Part shown: one piece after another, positions 1 through 10,192 of the stretch
Numbering within the stretch: position 1 is the first letter of the stretch
Layout of the letters: the number at the start of each line of letters is the position of its first letter
Virus record (IMG/VR): IMGVR_UViG_2845860650_000005
Location: 32,001-96,000 of that record
DNA length: 64,000 nt
Reading direction: 5' to 3' (one strand)
Source: a virus
Lineage: Duplodnaviria > Caudoviricetes
Position numbers and translations under genes: made by a program
Notes under the pieces: generated by a model
Told to the model about the DNA's origin: nothing
What the model saw: only the letters and a program-made list of their open reading frames with translations
The model's database searches: none

Positions 1-437
1 CGATTATAGAATAGCAGTCTAGAAGATACAAACCTGTAAGACATCCCATCAAAATTTTCTAAAACTCCTGTCAATCGTTCTCCAGGATAAGTATAAGAGT
101 CCCAAGTTACAACCTTCGGTTTATTGAAAGGAGTGATAAATTTCTTAACTAGATTCTCTTGCCCTCGGAGGATTGTAACCCACCTGCCAGTGCCAGTTCG
201 AGTTATGCGATCGCTTCCATCTGCAAGACTTGAGAGCATTTTACCGTGTTTGTTTTCTTCCTTGGCTTGTTTCTCTAAGAAGGCGGCTAAATATTGCCGA
301 TCTTCTGCGAGAGCTTGCTGTTGTAATTTTTCAATAAAAACAGCATTTCCATATTCGATTTTTGCTAAAAATCGAATAAACCTTTGTTTATTAAGCAAGC
401 CTAATTTAACAATTAATTTATTAAAAATTGACGACAT
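1..437 (-). CDS. Ferritin-like domain protein (partial, runs off left edge)
   Basis: Manual translation from ATG 437: MSSIFNKL...FLAKIEYGNAVF...QAKEENKHGKML (E...ExxH pattern); open to position 1; absent from the ORF track. Confidence 0.6.
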   Translation of the reverse strand, partial: MSSIFNKLIVKLGLLNKQRFIRFLAKIEYGNAVFIEKLQQQALAEDRQYLAAFLEKQAKEENKHGKMLSSLADGSDRITRTGTGRWVTILRGQENLVKKFITPFNKPKVVTWDSYTYPGERLTGVLENFDGMSYRFVSSRLLFYN

Positions 438-566
438 TCTTTATGTTTCGTAGTGGTGAAAAAATTATATATAGAATCATTATTAAACTAAGTATCATGA
501 CTTTATATATAAATCCAAAAATCATTAAACCCCAGCTTTGTTGTTTTTCTTTCTTTTGTTTCTTCA

Positions 567-1178
567 TTAACTGTATCCCACTAAAGTAATTACATTCCCA
601 TTAATTGTAAAACAAGTACCATCCAAATAATTACTTTTAGATGGGTTTTTAGCGTATACAGAAATCCATCTAAAAGTTGAGGTGATGTTAATAGTAATTT
701 CACCTCCTGCTTGAGATATTGTGGCAGCAGGCGTAGATTCTTGCCCAGTGCGTGAAGTATTTGGTTCTTGCGACCATCTATAAACTGCGATTGCACTACT
801 TCCAGCTTGAATATTAATATCAAATCCAACTTGGATAATTAATTTTAAGCTAGTCTGTGGAGCTAGAAATTCAAAAGCTTTACCACCAACCTCGCAACTA
901 GAAGTACAAATAATGTTGCCTCCGAAAGCTGCTCCTCCACCGACTCCACCACCGCTAAACTGAAACCATCTACCTACATTGTCAGACGAAGCTACTATTT
1001 TTGGCGGATTTTCGGCGTCTGACGCCGATCGCTTATATCGATACCAAGCAGAAGATCCCGTACCATCGTCGTTTACAGTCAAAAACATTTTATCTACCCT
1101 TTTTGGGGTAGATTCATCGTTCAAAGCTTTTAAGGCACTAATATTATCTACAGATAAAGCGGTATGAATAAACGACAT
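567..1178 (-). CDS. Putative tail fibre/virion protein
   Basis: 203 aa, Gly/Ser/Thr rich, N-terminal VDNISALKAL...WYRY...GRW head typical of tail appendage proteins; context. Confidence 0.5.
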   Translation of the reverse strand: MSFIHTALSVDNISALKALNDESTPKRVDKMFLTVNDDGTGSSAWYRYKRSASDAENPPKIVASSDNVGRWFQFSGGGVGGGAAFGGNIICTSSCEVGGKAFEFLAPQTSLKLIIQVGFDINIQAGSSAIAVYRWSQEPNTSRTGQESTPAATISQAGGEITINITSTFRWISVYAKNPSKSNYLDGTCFTINGNVITLVGYS

Positions 1179-1180
1179 AT

Positions 1181-3121
1181 CTAAGCCTGTAAAACGTTAC
1201 CATTACTATCGACCAAAACGCTGCCATTGCTATCTGTCAAGATATTGTCGAAATTTAAAGCGCTGACATCTGGCAATGGCAAACTAAAAGTTAAGTAAGC
1301 GTTACCTCCAATTCCGGTGTTAGTGACACTAGCAGGTGACCCAGGTTCTAAAATTGTTACTTCTGGATTAACTTCAATATTTGGTGGCTCTAGTCCATGC
1401 TCTCGTTCGTATACACAAGGGGGCGAAGCGTGGGAGATGCTAGTTACTGTATTGATATTGAGATATGCAATACAAAATTGATAATTACCAGTGCTAAATA
1501 CGCTGCTACCACTAACAGTGCTGCCTACAAAACCCTCAATATTAAACAACCCGACATTACTAGGAACCGTTGGCAAATTAGAAGCAGTAGAACTAACCAA
1601 AGACCCGACTAAAATTTCTTCCCCATCTTCCCCAACAATAGGTATATCAAAGACTTGGATAGTCCCACCTCCAACTGGACGCACATATACTCTTACCTTC
1701 GTGGCATTTAGCTGTGCTACCATTCCTGCAATGACATCTGGATAATCATCCCGAATTGTTGTTGGATGCATCAAAACTATCCGCAACAACAGCGCATTTG
1801 TTAGAGCGCTGGCAGTAGACCAATCGCTAATTTGCCCTACTCCATCAACTGTACTTACCAAAGCTCTGAGCGCTGCCGTTTCTTCCGGGACGCTATTGGC
1901 AACAAAGCAAGTACCGTTGTTGGTAATAATTACCTTTTGGTCAGAGGCATTCGCTTCCAATCCCGGAACTAATTGCTTTCCTAGTTTGCGGAATTTATAA
2001 AAAGCAATCGACCCACTCCCCACACCAGCGACTAAATCCAATCCCGACCCATTGGGTAAAATTCGTCTGCGCTCATCTGTAGCAACAATGTAATTGCCTA
2101 ATAAATCCGCCACTGGGTCATACTCTGAAAAATTTGGAGCAAGGCGCGGGTAAATTTTTACAATTGCTCCTTGGGCTATGCTATTACCCACATCCGCGTC
2201 GTCAAAGGCCATTTGCACTTGCAGAACATATCCGTAGTTGGGAAGTAAAGGCTTGGGCAGTGCAAGATTTGTTACTTTGTCGCCTTGATATGTGAATGTC
2301 CCACTACTCACTACCATATCTGTAGTATCAAGTGCCCCAGTAGTTGTGTTGACGTACCCCAAAAACGCCAACTGCAACAATCCTTTGAAATCATCTGCCC
2401 CTACATCTTCGTCATCTGTTGCCACACTCAAGCGAATTCTTTTTCCTTGAGGGATTTCAAAGTTTGTATCGTTGACAATCCAAAACCTCACTGGTTCTGA
2501 TAAATCTCCACTGGAGTCGTAATCAGGGAAAATAATCGCTGAAGTATCGGTGATTTTTGATAGCTCGATATCGCACCCACCCTCTGTTAAGGTGCTGGCA
2601 ATGTATGGATTGAAATTTTGTGGCAAACAAGCAACCCAATTAGCATCCCTGGTCTTCCACTCAACAATTTGATTTGTAGAATTTATAAGCCTCCGCATAC
2701 CATTAATTCTGTAGCTATTAGGCAGTGCTGTTGGATTTGCAACAACTGTCCTTAGCTCAAAATGAGTGTCCCTGAATAATGTAATCGTTGCAGGTAAATT
2801 GGTGGGCGTTCCATCTATCTCATATCCCAAGTAGGTAGCGACTACGCATCCGTTTTCTGGGACGGTATCATTCGACATTACTATTCCAATTTCATGGATA
2901 TCACTAGCGGTTTTTCTAATTGCACTAGGAAGAGTAATTTCTACACCTTGGTTAGACGCGATGGTAACATCCGTTCTTAGAGAAAATAATGTTATTCCGG
3001 CCCGGTTACGGCAATATATCCAAATGCTTTTATTTCCAGCACTAGCTTCTGTTGTAGACCCTGAAACAACATTGACTGTAGGTGGTGGTGGAGTGATAGT
3101 AGAGGCGTATTGCGATCGCAT
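1181..3121 (-). CDS. Putative tail/baseplate structural protein
   Basis: 646 aa, beta-rich; C-terminal PGSPASVTNTG...LTFSLP motif seen in phage tail proteins. Confidence 0.55.
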   Translation of the reverse strand: MRSQYASTITPPPPTVNVVSGSTTEASAGNKSIWIYCRNRAGITLFSLRTDVTIASNQGVEITLPSAIRKTASDIHEIGIVMSNDTVPENGCVVATYLGYEIDGTPTNLPATITLFRDTHFELRTVVANPTALPNSYRINGMRRLINSTNQIVEWKTRDANWVACLPQNFNPYIASTLTEGGCDIELSKITDTSAIIFPDYDSSGDLSEPVRFWIVNDTNFEIPQGKRIRLSVATDDEDVGADDFKGLLQLAFLGYVNTTTGALDTTDMVVSSGTFTYQGDKVTNLALPKPLLPNYGYVLQVQMAFDDADVGNSIAQGAIVKIYPRLAPNFSEYDPVADLLGNYIVATDERRRILPNGSGLDLVAGVGSGSIAFYKFRKLGKQLVPGLEANASDQKVIITNNGTCFVANSVPEETAALRALVSTVDGVGQISDWSTASALTNALLLRIVLMHPTTIRDDYPDVIAGMVAQLNATKVRVYVRPVGGGTIQVFDIPIVGEDGEEILVGSLVSSTASNLPTVPSNVGLFNIEGFVGSTVSGSSVFSTGNYQFCIAYLNINTVTSISHASPPCVYEREHGLEPPNIEVNPEVTILEPGSPASVTNTGIGGNAYLTFSLPLPDVSALNFDNILTDSNGSVLVDSNGNVLQA

Positions 3122-3138
3122 TATTTAAAATAAGGTGT

Positions 3139-3969
3139 TTAAAGTAATTCCAATGTTCCTGCAAAACTACCATTCAAAGATACTAAATCTTGTAAATTAG
3201 TGACATATCCAGTACTGCACATTATCGTTAGCAACGTTATAGGTTGTCCATTTTCACTAGGAATAGTAAAAATGAGTTCGTTCGTTTCTTCAGAGTTTAT
3301 CCTTGTATATCCTTCTGGCGGTTCGAGGGAATTAATAAATTCTGGGAAATCTCCACTACCAGCAATTGCAGCCACCCATCCAAAATCACCTCCCGAATAA
3401 CTGCCAGTAAACTCAAATTTTATTTGAGGATTAGTAAACCCAGACCCCGTAATTTGAGCGCGAATATAAAAACCATCTGACGAACCTGTAGCATTGTATT
3501 GCGTACTAGCTGAAAACGAGCGCTTGCCTTTACTCCTAATAATAGAATTACTAGAACTGCCTCCAAGATAAATATCGTTATAACTGCTAGTAGGGACTGC
3601 AATCTCAGGATCTGTAATAAAACTAACTACTTTAGAAGGGTCTGAAAATGAAGCACTGTGAGAAAATTCCCAGAAAATACTATAAGATTCCTTGTTGGAT
3701 AATGCTTTTTTCTTCGATCTTCTATTAATTACAGTTAGTTCATTTAAAACCTGTGTTTTTGTAATTGAAAAAGCATAATGTTGTCCTTCAGCTTTAAACA
3801 CCCGGCACTCACCACTACCAGTTATATTAGCTGCGATCGCCACAACTGAAGTTCCATTACTGCGTCTGACATTCACCGTGCCGTCGTTGTTGACGCTACC
3901 ACAACTACCAGTAAAAATTACTTGACTAGATTCGATTAGATCTAATATATCTTGAGAGAGTTTATTCAT
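3139..3969 (-). CDS. Putative virion structural protein
   Basis: 276 aa ORF in a tightly packed operon. Confidence 0.45.
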   Translation of the reverse strand: MNKLSQDILDLIESSQVIFTGSCGSVNNDGTVNVRRSNGTSVVAIAANITGSGECRVFKAEGQHYAFSITKTQVLNELTVINRRSKKKALSNKESYSIFWEFSHSASFSDPSKVVSFITDPEIAVPTSSYNDIYLGGSSSNSIIRSKGKRSFSASTQYNATGSSDGFYIRAQITGSGFTNPQIKFEFTGSYSGGDFGWVAAIAGSGDFPEFINSLEPPEGYTRINSEETNELIFTIPSENGQPITLLTIMCSTGYVTNLQDLVSLNGSFAGTLELL

Positions 3970-4139
3970 TACCGAGAAATTGCAGTAGTTTGTCCAACAA
4001 CATTATTGCTATACATTTGTAATTCAAAGGTTTGTCCGTTAATTGTACCCACTAACTTGTTGCCTTGTACTTTGAGCTTTGGTTGCTGAGATTTGATAAT
4101 CGTGATTAGTTGTTGCGCTAATTGCTGTTCTGTTTTCAT
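3969..4139 (-). CDS. Small hypothetical protein (56 aa, MKTEQQLAQQ...)
   Basis: Manual translation; fills the operon gap with a TAATG overlap. Confidence 0.6.
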   Translation of the reverse strand: MKTEQQLAQQLITIIKSQQPKLKVQGNKLVGTINGQTFELQMYSNNVVGQTTAISR

Positions 4140-4143
4140 AAAA

Positions 4144-6471
4144 TCAATATTTCCTTCTATTTGGCGAGTTAATCAACACCTTACCTAATTTAGTTGTTGT
4201 TCCACCACTGACAATCATTTTTGGGTCAGTGCTATTATCATCACCTTCAGTAGGAGCATCTTTTTTATCAACTTCTATGGTTCTTGCCCTGACCAATCCC
4301 AATGATAATGAGATTGGATCTGATTGACAAATAGGTACAAGTCCAAATTTTGTAGCCACACCTTTGAAGCTCAATTTAAAAGATGCACTAATTATCCTCC
4401 AATCACCAAGATTCTGAAATCTGTCTAATTCTGTAACCACGCGATCGCCATCACACATATTTGGATAGAAAGAAAACACCGAACGTTGACAAGTATCTTT
4501 TTGCATACCCTCAATCTTGAGTTCTGTAAGTGCTGCTTTTAATGCTTCACCGTAAGTCGTTGCTAGCGGGTAACTTCTACTTCCTCCCTTGGAAATTAAG
4601 CTAGAGTCATCAGAAGTCATGAAGTAGCGTTGTTTTTTAGGTTGAATCACGCGCGTACTTTGGGTTCCATCCCGTTTTTCCCAATCAGATTTACGGGTTG
4701 TCGCTTCTGGTAGCCTTCCTGATAAATCTTTAAAAACTACTTTCTCAGTCAAATCAGAAAAACCAGAATTTTGAGTAGAATATTCGCTGATTTTCTCTTT
4801 ATATTTATTAATATCAATAATTGTGCGCTCGGTTATATAAAACGACTCCTCACCAGTGGTTAGAGGTGCTAACGGGGCGTCAGGAGTTGACTCAGGGTGT
4901 GGAGTATAAGCAAATGAAGATACTTTTCTGCTTTCCACCAATATTGACATCGGTTCTACAAAATTCGGGTCTGGGTAAAGAATCCCTACCTTTCCATTAC
5001 TCGATATTTCTTGTCTGAAAGAATCAATCTTTTCTTTTATTCTTGGCTCTAGTTCTGTATAAAATTTCCATTCAACACTAAATGGTAAATTTTGTTCTGT
5101 ATCTTCATACAAACTACGACTGTTAATTAATGAATATGCTGTTGAAGACTCTGAAGGAATTTGTTTAAATTTAGCCAATTCGTATCTAGGGTCATCTGAA
5201 TATAGCGTCACTAAGTCTTGGTCTGATTCTTGAATAAACCTAAATCTCCTCCATCCTGTGGCATTGATTTCAGTTAAATATTTAGCATTACTGTTAAATG
5301 TACCACTCGTTCCTGAATAGCTAACAAAGTTCTCATAATCTGGATGAACAACCAAATAAACAAAACCAGATAAATCTGTGTTTGCATATCTAGGGTCTGG
5401 ATCTTTGGCTTTGATATTTAAAGTTAATCCATCTATTCTTTCGTATTTATGTTCAGTTTTTTGGTATTCAATTAATCTCCAGTAATCCTCTGGTTTACTA
5501 CTAAAAGGCAGTCCATTTTCTAAACAAATATCTTCCGCTAAATATTCAAATGCCCAAATCCAAATTTCTTCTTTACTTGTATTTCCATTAACTAAAGTTG
5601 TCTTACGTTTTGTTTTCTTCTGTCCTTGTAAATCATGACAGTCTGTCATATTTTTGAGAACTAAACTTCCTTCTGGGGGTTTTTCTAAATCCTCGTCTAC
5701 TTCTTCTAAAGTTTGAATAACTGGTTCTTTTAAGCTAAAAGTACTTTCAGGTGTTGCATCGATGTTTTTGTTCTCGCCACTTCCCCAGGTTAATTCTGTA
5801 TCTCGATACCCAATAAAATCTGTTAAAGTATTTTTGCCATCTGTAATAACTTCTTGGTTGCCCAACTGCCAACTTTTACCACCAGAACTCAATGATTTTA
5901 ACTCTACGCCTTCTGTGAAGGACACGTAACACCCATTGATTCTGGCATAATCTTTAACCACTGCATCAATGGTAACTGCATAGTCTTTATCAGCATTACT
6001 GGGAATGGCTACATCAAATCTTTCTCCAGAATAAGGCACTCCTACAAAGGCGCAGATAGTCCCTATTCCCACACTTACGCTACCTAAAGGTACTAGTTTA
6101 AAAACTTTAATATCTTGAGTAACTAAATCCTGCCATCGAGATTTTAATCCCACCGATATCGTGTAAGTATTAATCAAGTTGCTTTTCCAAACAACTCCTT
6201 TGCGGTCATATCCGTAACTTTCAACTTCAAAATCTATGCCGTAAATCTTTAAATAAATCTTTCTAGTAGTATTGTTAATTCTATGGTTGTATGTTAATTC
6301 AAATTGTTGTAAATCTTGATCTGAAACATTGGTGTATTCTAGACTACCACTAGGGAAGCCTTCAAAATTCAAGTTCCAACCAACACCACCAGAATACATG
6401 GGAATAGGTAGTAGTGGAGGATTTTTGACAATATCACTTTTTACATAATTAGTTCGCGCGATCGCGGGCAT
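4144..6471 (-). CDS. Putative tail hub/baseplate protein
   Basis: 775 aa ORF; C-terminal hub-like layout; context only. Confidence 0.45.
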   Translation of the reverse strand: MPAIARTNYVKSDIVKNPPLLPIPMYSGGVGWNLNFEGFPSGSLEYTNVSDQDLQQFELTYNHRINNTTRKIYLKIYGIDFEVESYGYDRKGVVWKSNLINTYTISVGLKSRWQDLVTQDIKVFKLVPLGSVSVGIGTICAFVGVPYSGERFDVAIPSNADKDYAVTIDAVVKDYARINGCYVSFTEGVELKSLSSGGKSWQLGNQEVITDGKNTLTDFIGYRDTELTWGSGENKNIDATPESTFSLKEPVIQTLEEVDEDLEKPPEGSLVLKNMTDCHDLQGQKKTKRKTTLVNGNTSKEEIWIWAFEYLAEDICLENGLPFSSKPEDYWRLIEYQKTEHKYERIDGLTLNIKAKDPDPRYANTDLSGFVYLVVHPDYENFVSYSGTSGTFNSNAKYLTEINATGWRRFRFIQESDQDLVTLYSDDPRYELAKFKQIPSESSTAYSLINSRSLYEDTEQNLPFSVEWKFYTELEPRIKEKIDSFRQEISSNGKVGILYPDPNFVEPMSILVESRKVSSFAYTPHPESTPDAPLAPLTTGEESFYITERTIIDINKYKEKISEYSTQNSGFSDLTEKVVFKDLSGRLPEATTRKSDWEKRDGTQSTRVIQPKKQRYFMTSDDSSLISKGGSRSYPLATTYGEALKAALTELKIEGMQKDTCQRSVFSFYPNMCDGDRVVTELDRFQNLGDWRIISASFKLSFKGVATKFGLVPICQSDPISLSLGLVRARTIEVDKKDAPTEGDDNSTDPKMIVSGGTTTKLGKVLINSPNRRKY

Positions 6472-6487
6472 ACTTTTAAATTTTTAG

Positions 6488-7303
6488 TTATCTATTGAAG
6501 TTAATAGACCCAGAAATTTCGGTAACTTTGTTGATTGATGACTCTTTGAAGTACGGCAAACTGTTTTGAGTCAAAAATAGATTGGCAATGCGTTGCGATT
6601 TATTCCAAGTAAATTCCCACACTTTAGGCGATGCGGACACCTTTGCAGGACTGAAATTATGCCCTGCCCATTCAATGCGGTCTAAATATTCAACATTAGG
6701 AAGATAAAAGCTGACAACAGCACTCAAATACTCAAATTCTCCAATCTCTAATTCCCCAGTTATTGATAGCTTTTGTCCCACCTCCAAAGATACTTGCTCG
6801 TTGGTATGAATAGTCAGAATCTTACCTGTTTGACTAAAACTGCCAATCCCGTCACCAGAAGTAAAAATTAATCCCTCGCTTGCAATGCTAGTGGCTATAA
6901 AACCTTCTGCCAATTCGACTATGTAGTTTGCAGGTGTAGGAACTTCAATTTCAGCTACTAAAAATGCTGGAATTTCTAGATTTTTTTGATATAAATAAAT
7001 ATTATTTTCATATTGCCAGAAAGTATCAGGAATAGCTGAAGCCGCATCAACAGTTTTTTGCCATAAAGAAATTTGTTTTGCTATTGAAACTGAGGTTGTT
7101 TTCCAGTATTTACCAATCGCAAAAGGTATTTCTAATACAACATTTTCTAATTCCCATCCTGGATTTGTCCACCAATTCGCATAGCAATTTATCCGTAGTA
7201 TAGGCGCTATTTGTCGATAATTATTTATCCAAACAATAAATGTAGGAGCTAATTTATTATTTACTGTATTTTGGGTAAGATTGGGACTAACTAACCTAAA
7301 CAT
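6488..7303 (-). CDS. Hypothetical phage protein (structural region)
   Basis: 271 aa ORF coupled to its neighbour. Confidence 0.5.
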   Translation of the reverse strand: MFRLVSPNLTQNTVNNKLAPTFIVWINNYRQIAPILRINCYANWWTNPGWELENVVLEIPFAIGKYWKTTSVSIAKQISLWQKTVDAASAIPDTFWQYENNIYLYQKNLEIPAFLVAEIEVPTPANYIVELAEGFIATSIASEGLIFTSGDGIGSFSQTGKILTIHTNEQVSLEVGQKLSITGELEIGEFEYLSAVVSFYLPNVEYLDRIEWAGHNFSPAKVSASPKVWEFTWNKSQRIANLFLTQNSLPYFKESSINKVTEISGSINFNR

Positions 7304-7683
7304 TAAGAATAGACTTGGCTTTCAAATAGCAAATCAATGCTGTCAAATATGTTGTTTCCGTTTACGGTAATAGGAGCAGATGGCGTTACTTTGGTTAGCA
7401 ATGCTGATGGTATTATGTACCCTAAAATATTGATATCTTGTGTTGTAGCGCTACCATTAATAAGTCCAGATATATTGTTTTCTCGCTCATTTTCTAAGAT
7501 AACTAAATCTGTATCTGTTGCACCTACAACTTTTAGAGTCACGGTTCTTTTGACAATTGGAATTTTGTTAACGTTACCGCCTCTGTTGATGTTAATGTCT
7601 AAGCTCTCACCGTCCCCGAAAGAAATTGCATCTTGCTTAAAGCCAAATCCACGGTACTGGAAAAAAACTACATCTAAAGCCAT
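7303..7683 (-). CDS. Hypothetical phage protein (possible distal-tail-like)
   Basis: 126 aa, first gene of the leftward operon. Confidence 0.45.
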   Translation of the reverse strand: MALDVVFFQYRGFGFKQDAISFGDGESLDININRGGNVNKIPIVKRTVTLKVVGATDTDLVILENERENNISGLINGSATTQDINILGYIIPSALLTKVTPSAPITVNGNNIFDSIDLLFESQVYS

Positions 7684-7805
7684 AGTCTGTGCGGTTAATT
7701 AACTATGCTCTAAATTAACCCTTTTTCGCTAGTTATTAATGGATTTGCTGTTTCGGCAAAAAAGAGCCGATACCTAAATCTAAGTCTGTGGTATTTGCTC
7801 ATGTT

Positions 7806-7848
7806 TGTACAAAAAAATACAAGTACAATACTAGATACTTTATAATTT
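7806..7848 (+). promoter_or_regulatory. NtcA-type promoter (TGTA-N8-TACA ... N22 ... TAATTT)
   Basis: GTA 7807-7809, TAC 7818-7820, TAN3T at 7843-7848. Confidence 0.45.
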
Positions 7849-8142
7849 ATGAATATGGAAATCAACAATCAAACTACTACTAATACTGAGCGTAAATATA
7901 ATGGTGTAACTTTATTTTTTGGGAAATACAAAATTCACTTAGACCCATTTGAGTTATTGTTGTTTGGGCTTGTGCTTCTGCCTACTGGAATTTGTATTCA
8001 AGATGCTTGGAATGGAAAATTGACTTTTAAAGAATCAATAACACGAATTTCCATGATTGCATTTTATAGTGCTGTGGTTAGGCTTTCTCCTACCGAGCAG
8101 ATTTCTTTTTGGCTATCGAATCATTATATAGGTAAGAAGTGA
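7849..8142 (+). CDS. Small two-TM membrane protein, possible holin
   Basis: Two hydrophobic segments, basic C-terminus, dual Met start (M-N-M). Confidence 0.4.
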   Translation: MNMEINNQTTTNTERKYNGVTLFFGKYKIHLDPFELLLFGLVLLPTGICIQDAWNGKLTFKESITRISMIAFYSAVVRLSPTEQISFWLSNHYIGKK

Positions 8143-8143
8143 T

Positions 8144-8740
8144 GTGGAATGGCTGCACAAATTAAAGCATTGGATTTTAAATTTTATTTACCCTAAAAAA
8201 AAATATTATAAAGTCCCCAAACTAATGAGACGGTGGGATGGCGCTCACTGTGCCGTTTTGCGAATTCAACGCAATACTAAAGGTGGCATGAGTACTTATC
8301 GAATAACTTCTAGATATGGAGGATGTGATTATCTAATTACACTTGATGATTTATCAGAACTAAAAGCAGAATTACTTGGAGAATTCAATGGTATAACTAT
8401 TAAAATTCTTGGAGATAGTTCGCCACTCACGCACCGATTTTCGGTGTGGCGTATTTTTATTAATGGTAGTTCTTCTGCTATCGGTATATGGGATGTAGAT
8501 TTACAGGGAATCACCTCTAATTTGAATCTGCGACACCTTGCGCCAGTTCGGGCTGTCGCAGGTGTCGCACTTAAACCACTCTCATTGATTCATAGTAAAA
8601 AAAACTCTGAATTGAGTTGGCATAATCAAATGGAAAGAATTGATTGGATTGCTTTACTAGAGAGGCGAATTAGGGGAGAATTAAACAATCCATCTCACAA
8701 CATTAAAGCTACTATTGTTTACCAACAAGATAATGTTTAA
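8144..8740 (+). CDS. Hypothetical protein
   Basis: 198 aa ORF adjacent to the holin-like gene. Confidence 0.55.
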   Translation: MEWLHKLKHWILNFIYPKKKYYKVPKLMRRWDGAHCAVLRIQRNTKGGMSTYRITSRYGGCDYLITLDDLSELKAELLGEFNGITIKILGDSSPLTHRFSVWRIFINGSSSAIGIWDVDLQGITSNLNLRHLAPVRAVAGVALKPLSLIHSKKNSELSWHNQMERIDWIALLERRIRGELNNPSHNIKATIVYQQDNV

Positions 8741-8793
8741 ATGTGGAACAAGCTCAAGTGCAAAGAATAATCCGCCACATTCCTGTAATTATC

Positions 8794-9006
8794 GGGAAAG
8801 GCAGAGGGCAGGAGGCAGAAGGCTTTTATCAAGAAAGGCAGAGGGCAGAAGGCAGGAGGCAGAAGGAATACTGTTTTCTGCACTCTGCCACGACCGGAGG
8901 GAGTAAGGGTTTAAGACCCCCACCACAATCTCTGATTTGGTGGGGGTCTGAATCCCCTTCTTAATTGTCCCTTCTGCCCTCTGCCCTCTGCCTCCTGCCT
9001 TCTTCA
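8794..9006. repeat. GCAGA(A/G)G heptamer-armed MITE-like element
   Basis: Inverted heptamer arms; internal GGGAGTAAGGGTTTAAGnCCCCCACCA shared with 47545-47800. Confidence 0.8.
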
Positions 9007-9669
9007 ATCAATCGCTTGTACAGTCAGCGATTGAATTTCTGAGTCGTCTTGTTCAAAATCGTGAAGTTGATATTGCCATTGCCCATACAACAAAGGCATA
9101 TTTATAGCCACCCAATCAATTATTTTTTGAATCTTGCCTGAATCACCTAAGCTATCTGTAAACTCTTCATACCACTGTTCTTGGGTAACGCCCCATCCAA
9201 TACAAAATCCATCGCCTTGCATACTCTCTCGATAATTCCTAAATCGCTCTAACTCTTGTTGACAAGCATCTAAAAACTCTAGACTATTAACCGAACAATT
9301 GTATTTTTGTGCGATCGCCGAAGCTTGTTCCTCTAACTCTTGTCGTTTGGCATCTTGCTGGCGTTTTCTGTATTGCTGTAAATCTTCAACGCTCAAAATG
9401 TCATCATGACAATCTTGTAGAGCTTTGAAAAGCTGTTTTTTGGTGTTTATTCCATGACATCCAATTTCATTTTCTCTAATAAAATTAACTATCTCATGAG
9501 AATTTACAAGTTGCACAATATTGGGCTTTTCGTTGTCGTTACAGTCATAATCTAAGAATGAAATAGCTACACCCAACCCGTCAAATGTTGTAGCGACATA
9601 TATTTCGTCGTCTATTTTCTGTTGCTGCATACTCTCAATACGTGCTGAAAAAACTTCCCATCTTTCCAT
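9004..9669 (-). CDS. Hypothetical protein
   Basis: 221 aa ORF with upstream AGGAG. Confidence 0.7.
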   Translation of the reverse strand: MERWEVFSARIESMQQQKIDDEIYVATTFDGLGVAISFLDYDCNDNEKPNIVQLVNSHEIVNFIRENEIGCHGINTKKQLFKALQDCHDDILSVEDLQQYRKRQQDAKRQELEEQASAIAQKYNCSVNSLEFLDACQQELERFRNYRESMQGDGFCIGWGVTQEQWYEEFTDSLGDSGKIQKIIDWVAINMPLLYGQWQYQLHDFEQDDSEIQSLTVQAID

Positions 9670-9839
9670 GTCAACTCCTAGCTTTTACGAAAACAACTTG
9701 ATAATATCGAACACTAAATCAACGACCTGTCCACCAGCAGCAATACCTTTTTGAACTACTTGCCTAACATCATCAACCTCCTGCTTTTTAAGCTTTCTGG
9801 GTTGTGGTTGCGCGGCAAGTTTTTTAGCTTTTTTCCTAG

Positions 9840-10187
9840 TCATGCTTCATCTCCATCATTTTCAATCTCGTCTGCTGTAGGACATGGTTCAAAAAAATCA
9901 GCACCATACGCACAGCAATTTCTAACAACAACCAAAGGGCAAATCTGTTCTCCAGTCAGCACCCACTGATTGATGTAAATTTCATCATCTATTTGTCTGC
10001 GGTGGGGTAAATCAACAGCAGGGGAATACCCCAACCTTAATGCAGCAACTTTAGTGCGATCGCCCTGTAGCCGATTAAAAGTCACAGTTCTTACTGGCAA
10101 TTCGTAGATAGCTGCTTTGCCACCCCAAAGCCCATCAAATACAGTAGCAACTTCATAGTCAATAACTAGATTCAGTTTGCTAATCAT
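9840..10187 (-). CDS. Hypothetical protein
   Basis: 115 aa ORF in operon. Confidence 0.6.
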   Translation of the reverse strand: MISKLNLVIDYEVATVFDGLWGGKAAIYELPVRTVTFNRLQGDRTKVAALRLGYSPAVDLPHRRQIDDEIYINQWVLTGEQICPLVVVRNCCAYGADFFEPCPTADEIENDGDEA

Positions 10188-10192
10188 TTCAT

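Noticed and set aside
124-453. + strand ORF and the many antisense ORFs within long genes
   Set aside because: Shadows of better-supported opposite-strand genes.
8715-9007. ORFs 8715-8906, 8743-8964, 8789-9007 (also 47604-47798, 49407-49652, 37751-37963)
   Set aside because: They are translations of heptamer repeats (GRGQRAEG, NYELRI) and probably spurious.
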